64,000 nt of DNA, taken from positions 14,537 through 78,536 of the forward strand of contig JACRKZ010000021.1 of NCBI GenBank assembly GCA_016235455.1, written 5' to 3'. Source of the stretch: Armatimonadota bacterium. Lineage in GTDB: Bacteria > Armatimonadota > UBA10988. The notes under the pieces are model-generated. The model was not told where the DNA came from, made no database searches, and saw only the letters and a program-made list of their open reading frames with translations. Made by a program: the position numbers and the translations under genes. Position 1 is the first letter of the stretch; each line of letters begins with the position of its first letter. Of this stretch, positions 46,505 through 56,116 are shown one piece after another.

Positions 46505-48817
46505 ATGGACGTCGACCGCTTCCTCGCCGAACTCCAAGCCGACCGCCACTACCGCAAGCAGCTCGTGGTGCATCACATCCTGCCCCCGCGGCCCGCGCGC
46601 ACCGCCGAACTCGACCCGCCGATGCCCGGGGAACTGGCCCAGGCACTGGCGCGGGAGGGGATCCGCCAGCTCTATACCCATCAGGTCGCCGCGGTCGATG
46701 CCGCGCGCGCTGGGCGCGATGCCATCGTCGTCACCGGCACCGCCAGCGGCAAGACGCTGGGCTACACCATTCCCATCGTCGAGACCATTCTGGCCGACCG
46801 GCAGGCGCGGGCGTTGTGCCTGTTTCCGCTCAAGGCGCTGGCCGCCGACCAGCAGCGCAAGCTGGCCGATCTGGGGCTGTGGCGGTCGGTGCGGGTCGGC
46901 ACCTACGACGGCGACACGCCCGAGCATGACCGGCGGTCCATCCGGCAGAACGCGCATGTCGTCATGACCAACCCCGACATGCTGCACCAGGCCATTCTGC
47001 CGCACCACTCGCTGTGGGCCGACTTCCTGGCCAATCTCAAGTATGTCATCGTCGACGAGGTGCACACCTACCGCGGCGTGTTCGGCTCCCATGCGGCGCT
47101 GGTCTTTCGGCGCCTGCTGCGGCTCTGCGAGCGCTATGGCAGCCGGCCCACGTTCCTCTGCTCCAGCGCCACCATCGGCAATCCCGTGGAGTTGGCCGAG
47201 CGGCTGACCGGGCGCGACGACTGGGTGTTCATCGACGAGAACGGCGCGCCGGCCGGCCAGCGGCATGTGGTGGTCTGGAACCCGCCCATCGTCAACGAGG
47301 CCGCCGGTCTGCGCCGCAGCGGCGCCGTCGAGGCGACGTACATCCTGGCGGACCTCGTGGAGCAGGGCACGCGCACACTGGCCTTCACCTTCTCGCGCGA
47401 GGAGGCCGAGCTGGTGCTGCGCTACCTGCGCGCCGCGCTCGACTCGCGTGGGCCGGGCCTGGTGGCCAAGGTGGCCGCCTATCGCGCGGGCTATCTGGCC
47501 GCCGAGCGCCGTGAACTCGAACGCCAGATCGGCGAAGGCGAGCTGACGGCGTTGGTCTCCACGGTGGCCCTGGAGGCGGGCATCGACATCGGCGCGCTGG
47601 ACGTAGCGGTGGTCATCGGGTATCCCGGCACGCTGGCCGGCTTCTGGCAGCAGGCGGGCCGCGCCGGCCGCCGCGGCGATGAGTCGCTGGCCATCCTGGT
47701 CACGCGCTCCAGCCTCGTCGACCAGTTCTACGCCCAGCACCCCGAGATGCTCTGGAGCCGGCCCACCGAGGAGGCGCGCATCGACCCGAGCAACGTCTAC
47801 ATCCTCGGCGGGCATCTGCTCTGCGCGGCGCACGAGCAGCCGCTGACCGACGCCGATCTGGAGCGCTTCGGGCCGGGCGCGGCCGACCTGCTGCCCATCT
47901 TCGTCGACGAGGGCTACCTGACCAAGACGTCGACCGGCTGGATGTTCTGTGCCGACTGCTATCCCGCGGGCAGCCTCAACCTGCGCTCGGCCACCGACGA
48001 GCGCTGGCAACTCGTGGAGGAAGGCACCGGCCGCGTGCTGGAGACCGACGAGGGCACGCGCATCTGGGACCGCTACTACCCCGGCGCGATTCACCTGCAC
48101 CAGGGCGAGCAGTATCTGGTCAAGGAGACCTCGGTCGAGCGCCGGCAGGTGGTACTGGAGGCGGTGGAGGTGCCCTACTTCACCAACCCCGCGCTGCACA
48201 TCGACGTGGCCGTGCTGGAGACGACGTCCGAGCGCCCGCTCGGCCCGCTGACCATCGGCTTTGGCGATGTGGTGGTGACCCGGCAGACCATCGGCTTCCA
48301 GCAGATCGCCACCAAGGGCCGTGAGATCCTGCAGGCCTTCGACCTGAGCTGCCCGGCGCGCACCATGGAGACCGCCGCGCTGTGGATCACCCCCTCGGCG
48401 CAGTTGCAGGAACAACTGATGGCCCACGGCCACGACCTGCTGGGCAGTATGCACGCCGTGGAGCACGCGCTGGCCGCCGCGCTGCCGTTGGTGGCGCTGT
48501 GCGATGTGCGCGATGTGCAGGGCAGCAGCACGCTGGACCACCCGAACCTGGGCCCCGCGGCGACGTTCCTCTACGACACCTTCCCCGGCGGCATCGGCCT
48601 GGCCGAGCGCGGCTACGAGGCCATCGAGGCGCTGTGGCGGCGGACGCTGGAGGTGGTGGCCAGTTGCCCCTGCGAGACCGGCTGCCCGGCCTGCGTGCAG
48701 GCCAGCTTCTGCGGGTCAGCCAATCAGCCGCTGGACAAGGCCGGGGCGTTGGCGGTGCTGTGGGCGGGGGCGCGCTCAGAGCACCGATCAACAGATGACG
48801 CAGACGGACGCAGATAG
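46505..48817 (+). CDS. DEAH helicase with DUF1998 (MrfA/SftH/Hrq1 family)
   Basis: LYTHQ, TGTASGKT, DEVH, SAT, QQAGRAGRR, C-terminal CPCETGCPAC...C. TACAAT lies 7 nt before the ATG, so it is probably leaderless. Confidence 0.93.
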   Translation: MDVDRFLAELQADRHYRKQLVVHHILPPRPARTAELDPPMPGELAQALAREGIRQLYTHQVAAVDAARAGRDAIVVTGTASGKTLGYTIPIVETILADRQARALCLFPLKALAADQQRKLADLGLWRSVRVGTYDGDTPEHDRRSIRQNAHVVMTNPDMLHQAILPHHSLWADFLANLKYVIVDEVHTYRGVFGSHAALVFRRLLRLCERYGSRPTFLCSSATIGNPVELAERLTGRDDWVFIDENGAPAGQRHVVVWNPPIVNEAAGLRRSGAVEATYILADLVEQGTRTLAFTFSREEAELVLRYLRAALDSRGPGLVAKVAAYRAGYLAAERRELERQIGEGELTALVSTVALEAGIDIGALDVAVVIGYPGTLAGFWQQAGRAGRRGDESLAILVTRSSLVDQFYAQHPEMLWSRPTEEARIDPSNVYILGGHLLCAAHEQPLTDADLERFGPGAADLLPIFVDEGYLTKTSTGWMFCADCYPAGSLNLRSATDERWQLVEEGTGRVLETDEGTRIWDRYYPGAIHLHQGEQYLVKETSVERRQVVLEAVEVPYFTNPALHIDVAVLETTSERPLGPLTIGFGDVVVTRQTIGFQQIATKGREILQAFDLSCPARTMETAALWITPSAQLQEQLMAHGHDLLGSMHAVEHALAAALPLVALCDVRDVQGSSTLDHPNLGPAATFLYDTFPGGIGLAERGYEAIEALWRRTLEVVASCPCETGCPACVQASFCGSANQPLDKAGALAVLWAGARSEHRSTDDADGRR

Positions 48818-48860
48818 CGGGCGGGAATCATCAGCGTCCTTCTGCGTCATCTGTTGATCG
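48785..48860. repeat. CAGAT-periodic inverted repeat overlapping the helicase 3' end
   Basis: cgatcaacagatgacgcaga (48785-48804) pairs perfectly with tctgcgtcatctgttgatcg (48841-48860). Confidence 0.85.
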
Positions 48861-48866
48861 CGACAC

Positions 48867-49967
48867 CTACACCAGCCCGTACAGCGTCGTCCGCCGCTGC
48901 GCCTGATACCCGGCATCCTCGATCAGCCGCGTCATCTCGGCCAGCGGCATCTCGTCGGTGTGGTCGGTGCCGGCGGCGGAGACGACGTTCTCCTCGATCA
49001 TCGTGCTGCCGAAGTCATTCACGCCGAACTGCAGGCTGATCTGGGCGATCTTGGCGCCCTGGGTGACCCACGAGGCCTGGAAGTTGTCGACGTTGTCGAG
49101 CATCAGCCGCGCGACGGCCAGCGTGCGCAGGTAGTCGAACCCGCTGGTGCGGTGGTTGGCCAGCGTCTCCCCCAACGGCGTGCCGTCGGGCTGGAAGTTC
49201 CAGGGGATGAACGCCGTGAAGCCGCCCGTCTCGTCCTGCAGCTCGCGCACACGCAGCAGGTGCGAGAGTCGCTGGTCGAGCGTCTCCACCGTGCCATACA
49301 TCATCGTCGCCGAGGTGCGCAGGCTGAGTTGGTGCGCCTCTCGCATGACGTCCAGCCACTCGCCGGTGGTCTCCTTGTGCGGCGCGATGACCTGGCGCAC
49401 CTCGTCGTCGAGCAGTTCGGCGCCGGCGCCGGGGATGCTGCCCAGCCCAGCCGCAGCGAGACGCTGGAGCGTCTCGTTAACGGTCAGCTTGGAGAGCTTG
49501 GCGATGTACAGCACCTCGGTCACGCTCAGCGCGTGCAGCCAGGCGCGCGGGTACTTGGCGCGAATGTGGGCAAACAGGTCTTCGTACCAGTCGATCTTGA
49601 GCTTGGGGTTGAGCCCGCCTTGCAGCAGCAGCTCCACCTGGCCGTGCGGCTCGCCGACGGCCAGCAGCTCCTCGATCTTCTGGTCGAGTTCGTCGCGAGT
49701 CAGCGTGTAGGCCTCGCCCGTGATGTCGTTGGGCCGGCGATAGAAGGCGCAGAAGCTGCACTGCACCCAGCAGACGTTGGTGTAGTTGATGTTGCGGCCG
49801 ATGACGTAGGTGACCACGGGCTCGGGATGCTTGGCGCGCCGCACATGGTCGGCCAGGGCGCCGAGCTCGGCCAGGTCGGGATGGGCGAACAGCCGCTGGC
49901 CGTCCTCGCGGGTCAGGCGACCGCCGTCGAGCACGCGGGTGGCGATGTCCTGGATGTCACTGCGCAC
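48867..49967 (-). CDS. mqnC: Cyclic dehypoxanthinyl futalosine synthase (radical SAM)
   Basis: VTYVIGRNINYTNVCWVQCSFCAF, LLQGGLNP, GGFTAFIPW, DFGSTMIEENVV. Confidence 0.92.
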   Translation of the reverse strand: MRSDIQDIATRVLDGGRLTREDGQRLFAHPDLAELGALADHVRRAKHPEPVVTYVIGRNINYTNVCWVQCSFCAFYRRPNDITGEAYTLTRDELDQKIEELLAVGEPHGQVELLLQGGLNPKLKIDWYEDLFAHIRAKYPRAWLHALSVTEVLYIAKLSKLTVNETLQRLAAAGLGSIPGAGAELLDDEVRQVIAPHKETTGEWLDVMREAHQLSLRTSATMMYGTVETLDQRLSHLLRVRELQDETGGFTAFIPWNFQPDGTPLGETLANHRTSGFDYLRTLAVARLMLDNVDNFQASWVTQGAKIAQISLQFGVNDFGSTMIEENVVSAAGTDHTDEMPLAEMTRLIEDAGYQAQRRTTLYGLV

Positions 49968-51078
49968 AGCCGACCTCCTCGATGGGGCGATAGAGCGCGT
50001 CGCGCTCGACCGGCACGCGACCGGTCTCGCGGATGAGCGCCATCAACTCGTCGCTGGTCAGCCGCTGCTCACGGTCGGTGTGCGGGTCGCGGGTGATCTC
50101 ATACTCCTGGATGGTGCCGTCGGTGTCGTCGGCGCCGTACCACAGCGCGGCCTGGGTCACGGCGACGGTGTTCATGATCCAGAAGCTCTTGATGTGCGTC
50201 ACGTTGTCGAGCATGAGCCGCGCCAGGGCGATCTCGCGCAGGTCCTGCAGGCCCGTGGGTGGCGGCAAATGCGCCAGGCCGGTGTTCTCGGGATGGAACG
50301 ACAGCGGGATGAAGCAGATGATGCCCTTGGTCTCGTCCTGCAACTCGCGCAGCAGCATGAGGTGGCGCACCTTCTCCTCGGTCTGCTCCACATGGCCATA
50401 GAGCAGCGTCGCATTGGAGGGAATGCCCAGCCCGTGCGCGATGCGCGCCACTTCCACCCAGCGCTGGCTGTCGCCCTTGGCCCAGAACAGCTCCTCGTGG
50501 ATTCGCTCGGAGAAGACCTCGGCGCCTCCACCGGGCAGCATGTCCAGCCCGGCCGCCTTGAGATCCAGCAGACACTCGGCGAGCGACCGCTTGCCCACGC
50601 GCGCGATCTGCTCGATCTCGATCATGGTGAAGGCCTTGATGGTGGCCTCGGGCCGCTCGGCGCGGATCGCGGCGACGATGTCCAAGTAGTACTGGTAAGG
50701 CAGCTTGGGGTTCACGCCGCCAACCATGTGCACTTCGCGGATGGGGATGTGAGCATACGCGCGGACTTTGGCGCCGACCTGCTCGGGGCTCATCACGTAG
50801 CCCTTGTCGTGGTCGCGCGGCGCGGCGTAGAAGCTGCAGAACACGCACGACTTGTTGCAGACGTTGGTGTAGTTGATGTGCTGGTTGCGCACCCAGTAGC
50901 AGCGGTCGCCGTTGAGCCGTTCGCGCACCTGGTTGGCCAGATGGCCCACAACATGGAGCGCCGGGGTGCGATAAAGCCGCAGGCCGTCGTCGTACGTCAG
51001 TCGTTCGCCGCGGTCGACGCGGTCGGCGATGTCCGCCAGACCGGCCTGTTCGGCGGCGTGTTGCATCAGCGAAGTCAT
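49957..51078 (-). CDS. mqnE: Aminofutalosine synthase (radical SAM)
   Basis: NQHINYTNVCNKSCVFCSF, EVHMVGG, SNATLLYGHVE, IPLSFHPENT, HIKSFWIM, YGADDTDGT. Confidence 0.92.
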   Translation of the reverse strand: MTSLMQHAAEQAGLADIADRVDRGERLTYDDGLRLYRTPALHVVGHLANQVRERLNGDRCYWVRNQHINYTNVCNKSCVFCSFYAAPRDHDKGYVMSPEQVGAKVRAYAHIPIREVHMVGGVNPKLPYQYYLDIVAAIRAERPEATIKAFTMIEIEQIARVGKRSLAECLLDLKAAGLDMLPGGGAEVFSERIHEELFWAKGDSQRWVEVARIAHGLGIPSNATLLYGHVEQTEEKVRHLMLLRELQDETKGIICFIPLSFHPENTGLAHLPPPTGLQDLREIALARLMLDNVTHIKSFWIMNTVAVTQAALWYGADDTDGTIQEYEITRDPHTDREQRLTSDELMALIRETGRVPVERDALYRPIEEVGCAQ

Positions 51079-51147
51079 GGGGGCAGTGTGCCAGCAGGTG
51101 CGTTGGTTGTCCATAGGCGACCGGCGCCCGCCGGCCGCCGCAGTGGC

Positions 51148-51176
51148 TTGCCGCAGGCGGCCAGGCGACGTATATT
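51148..51176 (+). promoter_or_regulatory. Putative promoter of the PIN toxin-antitoxin pair
   Basis: TTGCCG-N17-TATATT. Confidence 0.5.
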
Positions 51177-51209
51177 CAACCATGTGATCGTACGGCAGGA
51201 TGGACAGCA

Positions 51210-51449
51210 ATGAGCACCAAGCTGACACTGCGGATCGATGAGAAACTGGTCGAGAGCGCCAAACGCAGGGCACGCGCCTCGGGCACCCCCGTCTCACAGT
51301 TGGTTGCTGACTACTTCTCATCGTTTGACTCGGAGGCGTCGAGCGACGACGACCTGCATCCGCGTGTCCGTGCGTTGATGGGTATCGCGGCCGGCGCCGA
51401 GGTGGATGAAGAGGACTACCACCGCTACCTGGAGGAGAAGTACAGGTGA
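51210..51449 (+). CDS. DUF6364-type ribbon-helix-helix antitoxin
   Basis: MSTKLTLRIDEKLVESAKRRA...SQLVADYF...YHRYLEEKYR. Confidence 0.85.
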   Translation: MSTKLTLRIDEKLVESAKRRARASGTPVSQLVADYFSSFDSEASSDDDLHPRVRALMGIAAGAEVDEEDYHRYLEEKYR

Positions 51450-51880
51450 CGGTGATGTTCGACACCAACGTGGTACTCGATGTGCTCCTCGCGCGCGAGC
51501 CTCACCGCGCCGCTGCGGCGCGGTTGATGGACGCCGTGGTCCGCGGACGACTTGGCGGCCTCGTCTGCGCCACAATGCTGGCCACCGCGCTCTACGTCGT
51601 TCGGCGCCAAGTGGGCGCGGCCAAGGCACACTACGCCGTCGCCGAACTGCTGGCGACGTTCGAGGTCGCGCCGGTCGACGGTCACATCCTGGCCTTGGCG
51701 TCGGCCTCGACGTTCGGCGACTTTGAGGACACGGTCCTGCACGAGGCCGCCGTGGCCGCCGGTGCCGACTGCATCGTCACTCGCGACCTCGCGGACGTTG
51801 GCGGAGCGAGGATCCCGGTACATGCACCTGAGCGGCTCGTGGCGATCCTTGCGCCCGAGTTGGGAGCGCACGATGAGTGA
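51446..51880 (+). CDS. PIN domain toxin (VapC-like)
   Basis: MFDTNVVLDVLLAREP, DFEDTV, CIVTRD; overlaps the antitoxin stop. Confidence 0.88.
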   Translation: MTVMFDTNVVLDVLLAREPHRAAAARLMDAVVRGRLGGLVCATMLATALYVVRRQVGAAKAHYAVAELLATFEVAPVDGHILALASASTFGDFEDTVLHEAAVAAGADCIVTRDLADVGGARIPVHAPERLVAILAPELGAHDE

Positions 51881-52955
51881 CATCGGCATCGGCATCGTCG
51901 GCTACGGCCTGGCTGGCCGCGTCTTCCATCGACCGCTCATCGACGCCACGCCCGGCCTGCGCATCGCCGGCATCGCGGCGCGTAGCGCCGACAAGGCCGA
52001 GCGCGCCCGCGAGGAGAACCCCGAGGCGACCATCGTCGACAGCCTCGAAGCGCTGTGCGGGCTCGATGAGGTGGATCTGGTCGTGCTGGCCACGCCGCAC
52101 GACGTGCACTGCGAGCAGACCATCGCCGCGCTGGAGGCGGGCCGCGCCGTCGTGGTGGACAAGATCATGGCGCGCTCGGTGGCCGAAGCCGACGCGATGA
52201 TCGCCGCGGCCGAGCGCAACCGCCAACTGCTCACCGTGTTTCACAACCGCCGTTGGGACTCTGACTGGCTGACGGTCCGCGCGGCGCTCAATCGCGGGCT
52301 GCTGGGGCAGGTGTGGTCGGTGGACATCGCCGTGACCCGTCCGGTCATGCCGCTGGCGCCGTTGGGCGCCGACCGGCGCTGGCGGGCACGGCGCGAGGCG
52401 TTTGGCGGGCAGTTGGTGGACTGGGGCGCGCACCTCATGGACCAGGCGGTATTGCTGGCCGGCTCACAGCCCGAGCAGGTGTTCTGCGACCTGCAGTACC
52501 GCCAGGCGGGCAACGACAACGATACCGAGGCCTTCGTGGCACTGCGCTACGCTGATGGACTGCGCGTGACCGTCACCTCGAGCGTGCAGACCTGGCTGGC
52601 CAAGCCGCATTGGTTCGTCAGCGGCAGCGCCGGCACGCTGGTGATCGAGGGCATCGACCCACAGGAGGCCATGGTCGCGCGTACTGGGCGAGTCGTCGGT
52701 GGCACGCCGGAGGCATCGCTCAGTGCCGACTCGGTGCACCTGACCACCGCCGAACCCGTCGCCGATTTCGGGCCGGTGCCGGGCAACTGGCCGGCCTTCT
52801 ACGCCAATGTGCGCGAGGCACTACAGGGCAATGCCGAACTGGCGGTCAGGCCGGTCGATTGCCGCGATGTGCTGCGGCTCTATGAGCAGTGCTTTCGAGC
52901 CGCCGGACGCGAGAACGAAACCACGGGCGACCGGCCAGGCGGCTTGCTCCGCTGA
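51873..52955 (+). CDS. Gfo/Idh/MocA family oxidoreductase
   Basis: IGIVGYGLAGRVFH, VVVDK, VFHNRRWDSD, DWGAHLMDQ. Confidence 0.9.
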   Translation: MSDIGIGIVGYGLAGRVFHRPLIDATPGLRIAGIAARSADKAERAREENPEATIVDSLEALCGLDEVDLVVLATPHDVHCEQTIAALEAGRAVVVDKIMARSVAEADAMIAAAERNRQLLTVFHNRRWDSDWLTVRAALNRGLLGQVWSVDIAVTRPVMPLAPLGADRRWRARREAFGGQLVDWGAHLMDQAVLLAGSQPEQVFCDLQYRQAGNDNDTEAFVALRYADGLRVTVTSSVQTWLAKPHWFVSGSAGTLVIEGIDPQEAMVARTGRVVGGTPEASLSADSVHLTTAEPVADFGPVPGNWPAFYANVREALQGNAELAVRPVDCRDVLRLYEQCFRAAGRENETTGDRPGGLLR

Positions 52956-52971
52956 GCGGCGCGGCGGGCGA

Positions 52972-53394
52972 TCAGTGCTCGTCGCCCTCGCCTTCAGCGG
53001 ACGGCCCATGCTTGACCTGCGACAGGTTCTCCTTCAGCGAGGGCTCGATCTGCTCGAAGAGCTTGGTCTCATGGGACTTCAGCGGGTCCTTGGCGGCGTA
53101 CTTCTCGAACTCGTCGAAGAAGCCCTTCACCGACTGGTACAGCTTGGCGCGGTAGCCCGACGGCGGGGGCTTGATGGCCGCTACCTGGCTCTTCCACTGC
53201 GGCAACTGGCGATGGAAGGCCTCGACACCGGCGGCGTCCTTGCAGGCGCGCTCGGCGGCGGCGTGCATCGCGGTGACGACCGGCAGCATGGCCCGATCGA
53301 AGCGGTTGAGCCCGGCCTGCTCCCGTGCTGTGCCGATGGCCAGGTAGAGGAGAACCAGCACGACAGCGATGACTGCTATCAGTCGCTTGGACAT
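52972..53394 (-). CDS. Hypothetical exported or membrane-anchored helical protein
   Basis: GAGG RBS; MSKRLIAVIAVVLVLLYLAIG N-terminal hydrophobic helix; strong codon bias. Confidence 0.65.
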   Translation of the reverse strand: MSKRLIAVIAVVLVLLYLAIGTAREQAGLNRFDRAMLPVVTAMHAAAERACKDAAGVEAFHRQLPQWKSQVAAIKPPPSGYRAKLYQSVKGFFDEFEKYAAKDPLKSHETKLFEQIEPSLKENLSQVKHGPSAEGEGDEH

Positions 53395-53572
53395 AGTGCG
53401 ACGTACCTCATGCATTGCGGTTTGGTAGGCAGTGCCGGTGCATTCGGGCGGCATTACACCGCGCCGCGGCCCGCGGGCCGCCAGGGTAGCAGCTTTTCTA
53501 CGTTGACGAAACCACCCGCAGGCGTTAACTTCTCGGTGGCGGCGGCAGATTGCGGCACGCGTTCGCCAGAGG

Positions 53573-53818
53573 ATGCTCGTGTACATCTACGCGCTGAGCT
53601 ACCAGAACCCGTACAACCGCGAAGAGCTGTTCGCGCTCTTCCTGGCCTCGCCGCGCACGCTCACGCCCACCGAGGCCACCACCAAAGCCGTCGAGGCCGT
53701 CACCGTCGACGGTCTGGGTAACGAATGGGTGGAAGCCGTGGCGCAAGGCGCGGTCTGCGGCCCCCTGCGCATCGAGGGCAAGCTGCCGCAGCCGTCCATC
53801 GCCATTGTCGTCGACTGA
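53573..53818 (+). CDS. Small hypothetical protein (81 aa)
   Basis: Strong GC3 bias; upstream TTGACG-N17-TAACTT promoter (53503-53531). Confidence 0.6.
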   Translation: MLVYIYALSYQNPYNREELFALFLASPRTLTPTEATTKAVEAVTVDGLGNEWVEAVAQGAVCGPLRIEGKLPQPSIAIVVD

Positions 53819-53834
53819 TCGCCGCTCCGCGCCG

Positions 53835-55109
53835 CTAGTCCTCCATCAGCCCCCACAGGCAGATCGCGCCCTCGTTGTCGGCGGTGACGATCAACTTGCG
53901 CTTGGGTGAGAAGCCCACCTTCACCACCTTGGCGCCCGTGGGCGAGTCGAGCGTGGCGCATTCCGCATGGGTGGCCGCATCCCACACCTTCACCATGCCC
54001 GGGTCCCATTGCCCTTCGGGCGTCGACACACCGACCAGATGGGCACCGTCGCCGCAGAAGCTCACACTGGTCACGTCGGCGTTGTAGCCCGTCAGATGAC
54101 CCAGCGTGTGGCTGGTGGTAAGATCCCAGACGCGGATGTACTCGTAGCAGCCGCCGGCCACCAGCCGACCGTCAGGTGACAGCGTGAGGCAGCGGAACTG
54201 ATCCCAACTGCCTGAGTTGACCGTCACCTTCAGGTCGAACGTGGTCAGATCCCAGAAGGTGATCGTCTGCCAGCAGGCTGCGGCCACGCGTGTGCCATCC
54301 GGCGTGCGGGCCAACTCGCGCACCTCACTGGTGTCCGCCGCGCGCACCCCGGCCAGCGGCTCGCCGGTGGCCACGTCCCAGAATGACACCGTCGGGCTGT
54401 CGGGCTCGTCCAGGCAATCGCCGCCGGTCACCAGCACGGAGCCATCCGCGTTCAGCGCCACGGCGTTCACCGAATCGCGATGCGCGGCGAAGGCCATGAG
54501 TTGCTGCTTCTTGGCCAGATCCCACACCAGTACGTTGGGCTCGGGCACCTGGTCGCCACTGCCGCGCGGCCGGCTGATGCCCGTGGCCAGGCGATGCCCG
54601 TCACCGGAAAAGGCCAACGTCACCGGCGCGTGCGGCAACGGGTCCATGGTCACTACCGCCGCGGCGGACGCCATGTCCCAGATCTTGATCACGCCATCGG
54701 CGCCCGCCGTGGCCAGGTAGCGGCCGTCAGGGTTGAACACCATGGCGGTAATGGCGCGGCTGTGCGCCTGCCACGAACGCAGCACGGTCCAGGGCTCGGG
54801 CGGCGGCGCCTCTAGCACCGGATGGGCGCGCCGGGCTGGCGCCGGTGGTTCGGTCGGCGAGGACAGCGGCTCAGCCGCCGCGGCCGGTGGCTCGTCGTCC
54901 GCCGGCGGCTCTGGCGCTGCTGGCGGCTCGGTCACCGCCGGTGCCTCTGGCATGGCCGGCGGCTCGTCGGCTACCGACAGCTCAGGCGCCGTCGCGGTGG
55001 ACGGACAGACCAGCATGGCGCCGCACTTGGGGCAGCGGCCTTTCTGGCCAGCGTTGGCCTCGCTGGTGCGCAGTTGGGCACCACACTCGCAGATGATCAA
55101 GATGCTCAT
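53835..55109 (-). CDS. Zinc-ribbon, Pro-rich linker and WD40 beta-propeller protein
   Basis: CECG...GRCPKCG, EPPAAP linker, about 7 WD repeats (AHSRAITAMVFNPDGRYLATAGADGVIKIWD). Confidence 0.88.
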   Translation of the reverse strand: MSILIICECGAQLRTSEANAGQKGRCPKCGAMLVCPSTATAPELSVADEPPAMPEAPAVTEPPAAPEPPADDEPPAAAAEPLSSPTEPPAPARRAHPVLEAPPPEPWTVLRSWQAHSRAITAMVFNPDGRYLATAGADGVIKIWDMASAAAVVTMDPLPHAPVTLAFSGDGHRLATGISRPRGSGDQVPEPNVLVWDLAKKQQLMAFAAHRDSVNAVALNADGSVLVTGGDCLDEPDSPTVSFWDVATGEPLAGVRAADTSEVRELARTPDGTRVAAACWQTITFWDLTTFDLKVTVNSGSWDQFRCLTLSPDGRLVAGGCYEYIRVWDLTTSHTLGHLTGYNADVTSVSFCGDGAHLVGVSTPEGQWDPGMVKVWDAATHAECATLDSPTGAKVVKVGFSPKRKLIVTADNEGAICLWGLMED

Positions 55110-55213
55110 CGGACCGACTCCCCAGATGACGTGACCCGACTGGTTTCTCTCCCATGCTTGTGCCATCTAGGAGTACCGGTTGTCAAGAACAGTTGCGAAT
55201 AGCGCGACGTGCC

Positions 55214-56104
55214 ATGCCAGAATTGCCCGAAATCGAACTGTACCGCGAAGCCCTGGGCCGCACCGTCGTGGGCCACCCGCTGCTGCGCGTACGCCTGGCC
55301 AGCCCGTTCATCCTGCGCACCTGGCAGCCATCGTTGGGCGACTGCGAGGGCCGGCGGCTGCTGTCCGTCGAGCGACTGGGCAAGCGGCTGGTCTTCTGCC
55401 TCGAGGGCGACCTGTTCCTCGTTGTCCACCTGATGATCGCCGGCCGGTTCAAGTGGGCCGCCGCCGGACTCAAGCCCGCCGCGGGCCGAGTGGTGGCCGC
55501 CTGGTTCGACTTCGAGAGCGGCACGCTGGCGCTGACCGAGGCGGGCAGCCACAAGCGCGCCTCGCTGCATGTGGTGGCCGGTCGCGAGGCCCTGGCGGCC
55601 CACGATCCCGGCGGCCTGGAGCCCCTGGGCTGCACGCCCGAAGCCTTCGCCGAGCGGCTGCGCAGCGAGAACCACACGCTCAAGCGCAGCCTGACCGACC
55701 CGCGCCTGTTCGCCGGCATTGGCAACGCCTGGTCCGATGAGATCCTCTGTGCCGCCGGACTCTCGCCACTCGCGCTCAGCGCCAGCCTCGACGACGAGGC
55801 GGTGGCGCGGCTGCACGAGGCGGTCGAGACCGGCCTTCTCGAGGGCCTGGTACGCCTGCGCCGAGCCTGCGGCGACAAGTTCCCCAGCAGCGAACTGATC
55901 ACCGCCTTCCGGCCTGAGCACGCCGTTCACGGCCGCTATGGTCAGCCCTGCGGCCGCTGCGGTACCACCGTGCAGCACATCGTCTATGCCGACCGCGAAA
56001 CCAACTATTGCCCCGCTTGCCAGACCGGCGGTAGACTGCTGGCCGACCGCTCGCTCTCGCGCCTGCTCCGCGACGACTGGCCGCGAACCATCGACGACCT
56101 CTAG
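55214..56104 (+). CDS. Fpg/Nei family DNA glycosylase
   Basis: MPELPE start, RLGK, HLMIAGR, H2TH motif GIGNAWSDEIL, zinc finger CGRC...YCPACQ. Confidence 0.92.
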   Translation: MPELPEIELYREALGRTVVGHPLLRVRLASPFILRTWQPSLGDCEGRRLLSVERLGKRLVFCLEGDLFLVVHLMIAGRFKWAAAGLKPAAGRVVAAWFDFESGTLALTEAGSHKRASLHVVAGREALAAHDPGGLEPLGCTPEAFAERLRSENHTLKRSLTDPRLFAGIGNAWSDEILCAAGLSPLALSASLDDEAVARLHEAVETGLLEGLVRLRRACGDKFPSSELITAFRPEHAVHGRYGQPCGRCGTTVQHIVYADRETNYCPACQTGGRLLADRSLSRLLRDDWPRTIDDL

Positions 56105-56116
56105 AGGATATGCCCC

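Noticed and set aside
46505-48817. DUF1998 helicase as part of a DISARM, Druantia or Dpd defence system
   Set aside because: No partner defence genes are adjacent; it is a full-length stand-alone MrfA/SftH-type repair helicase.
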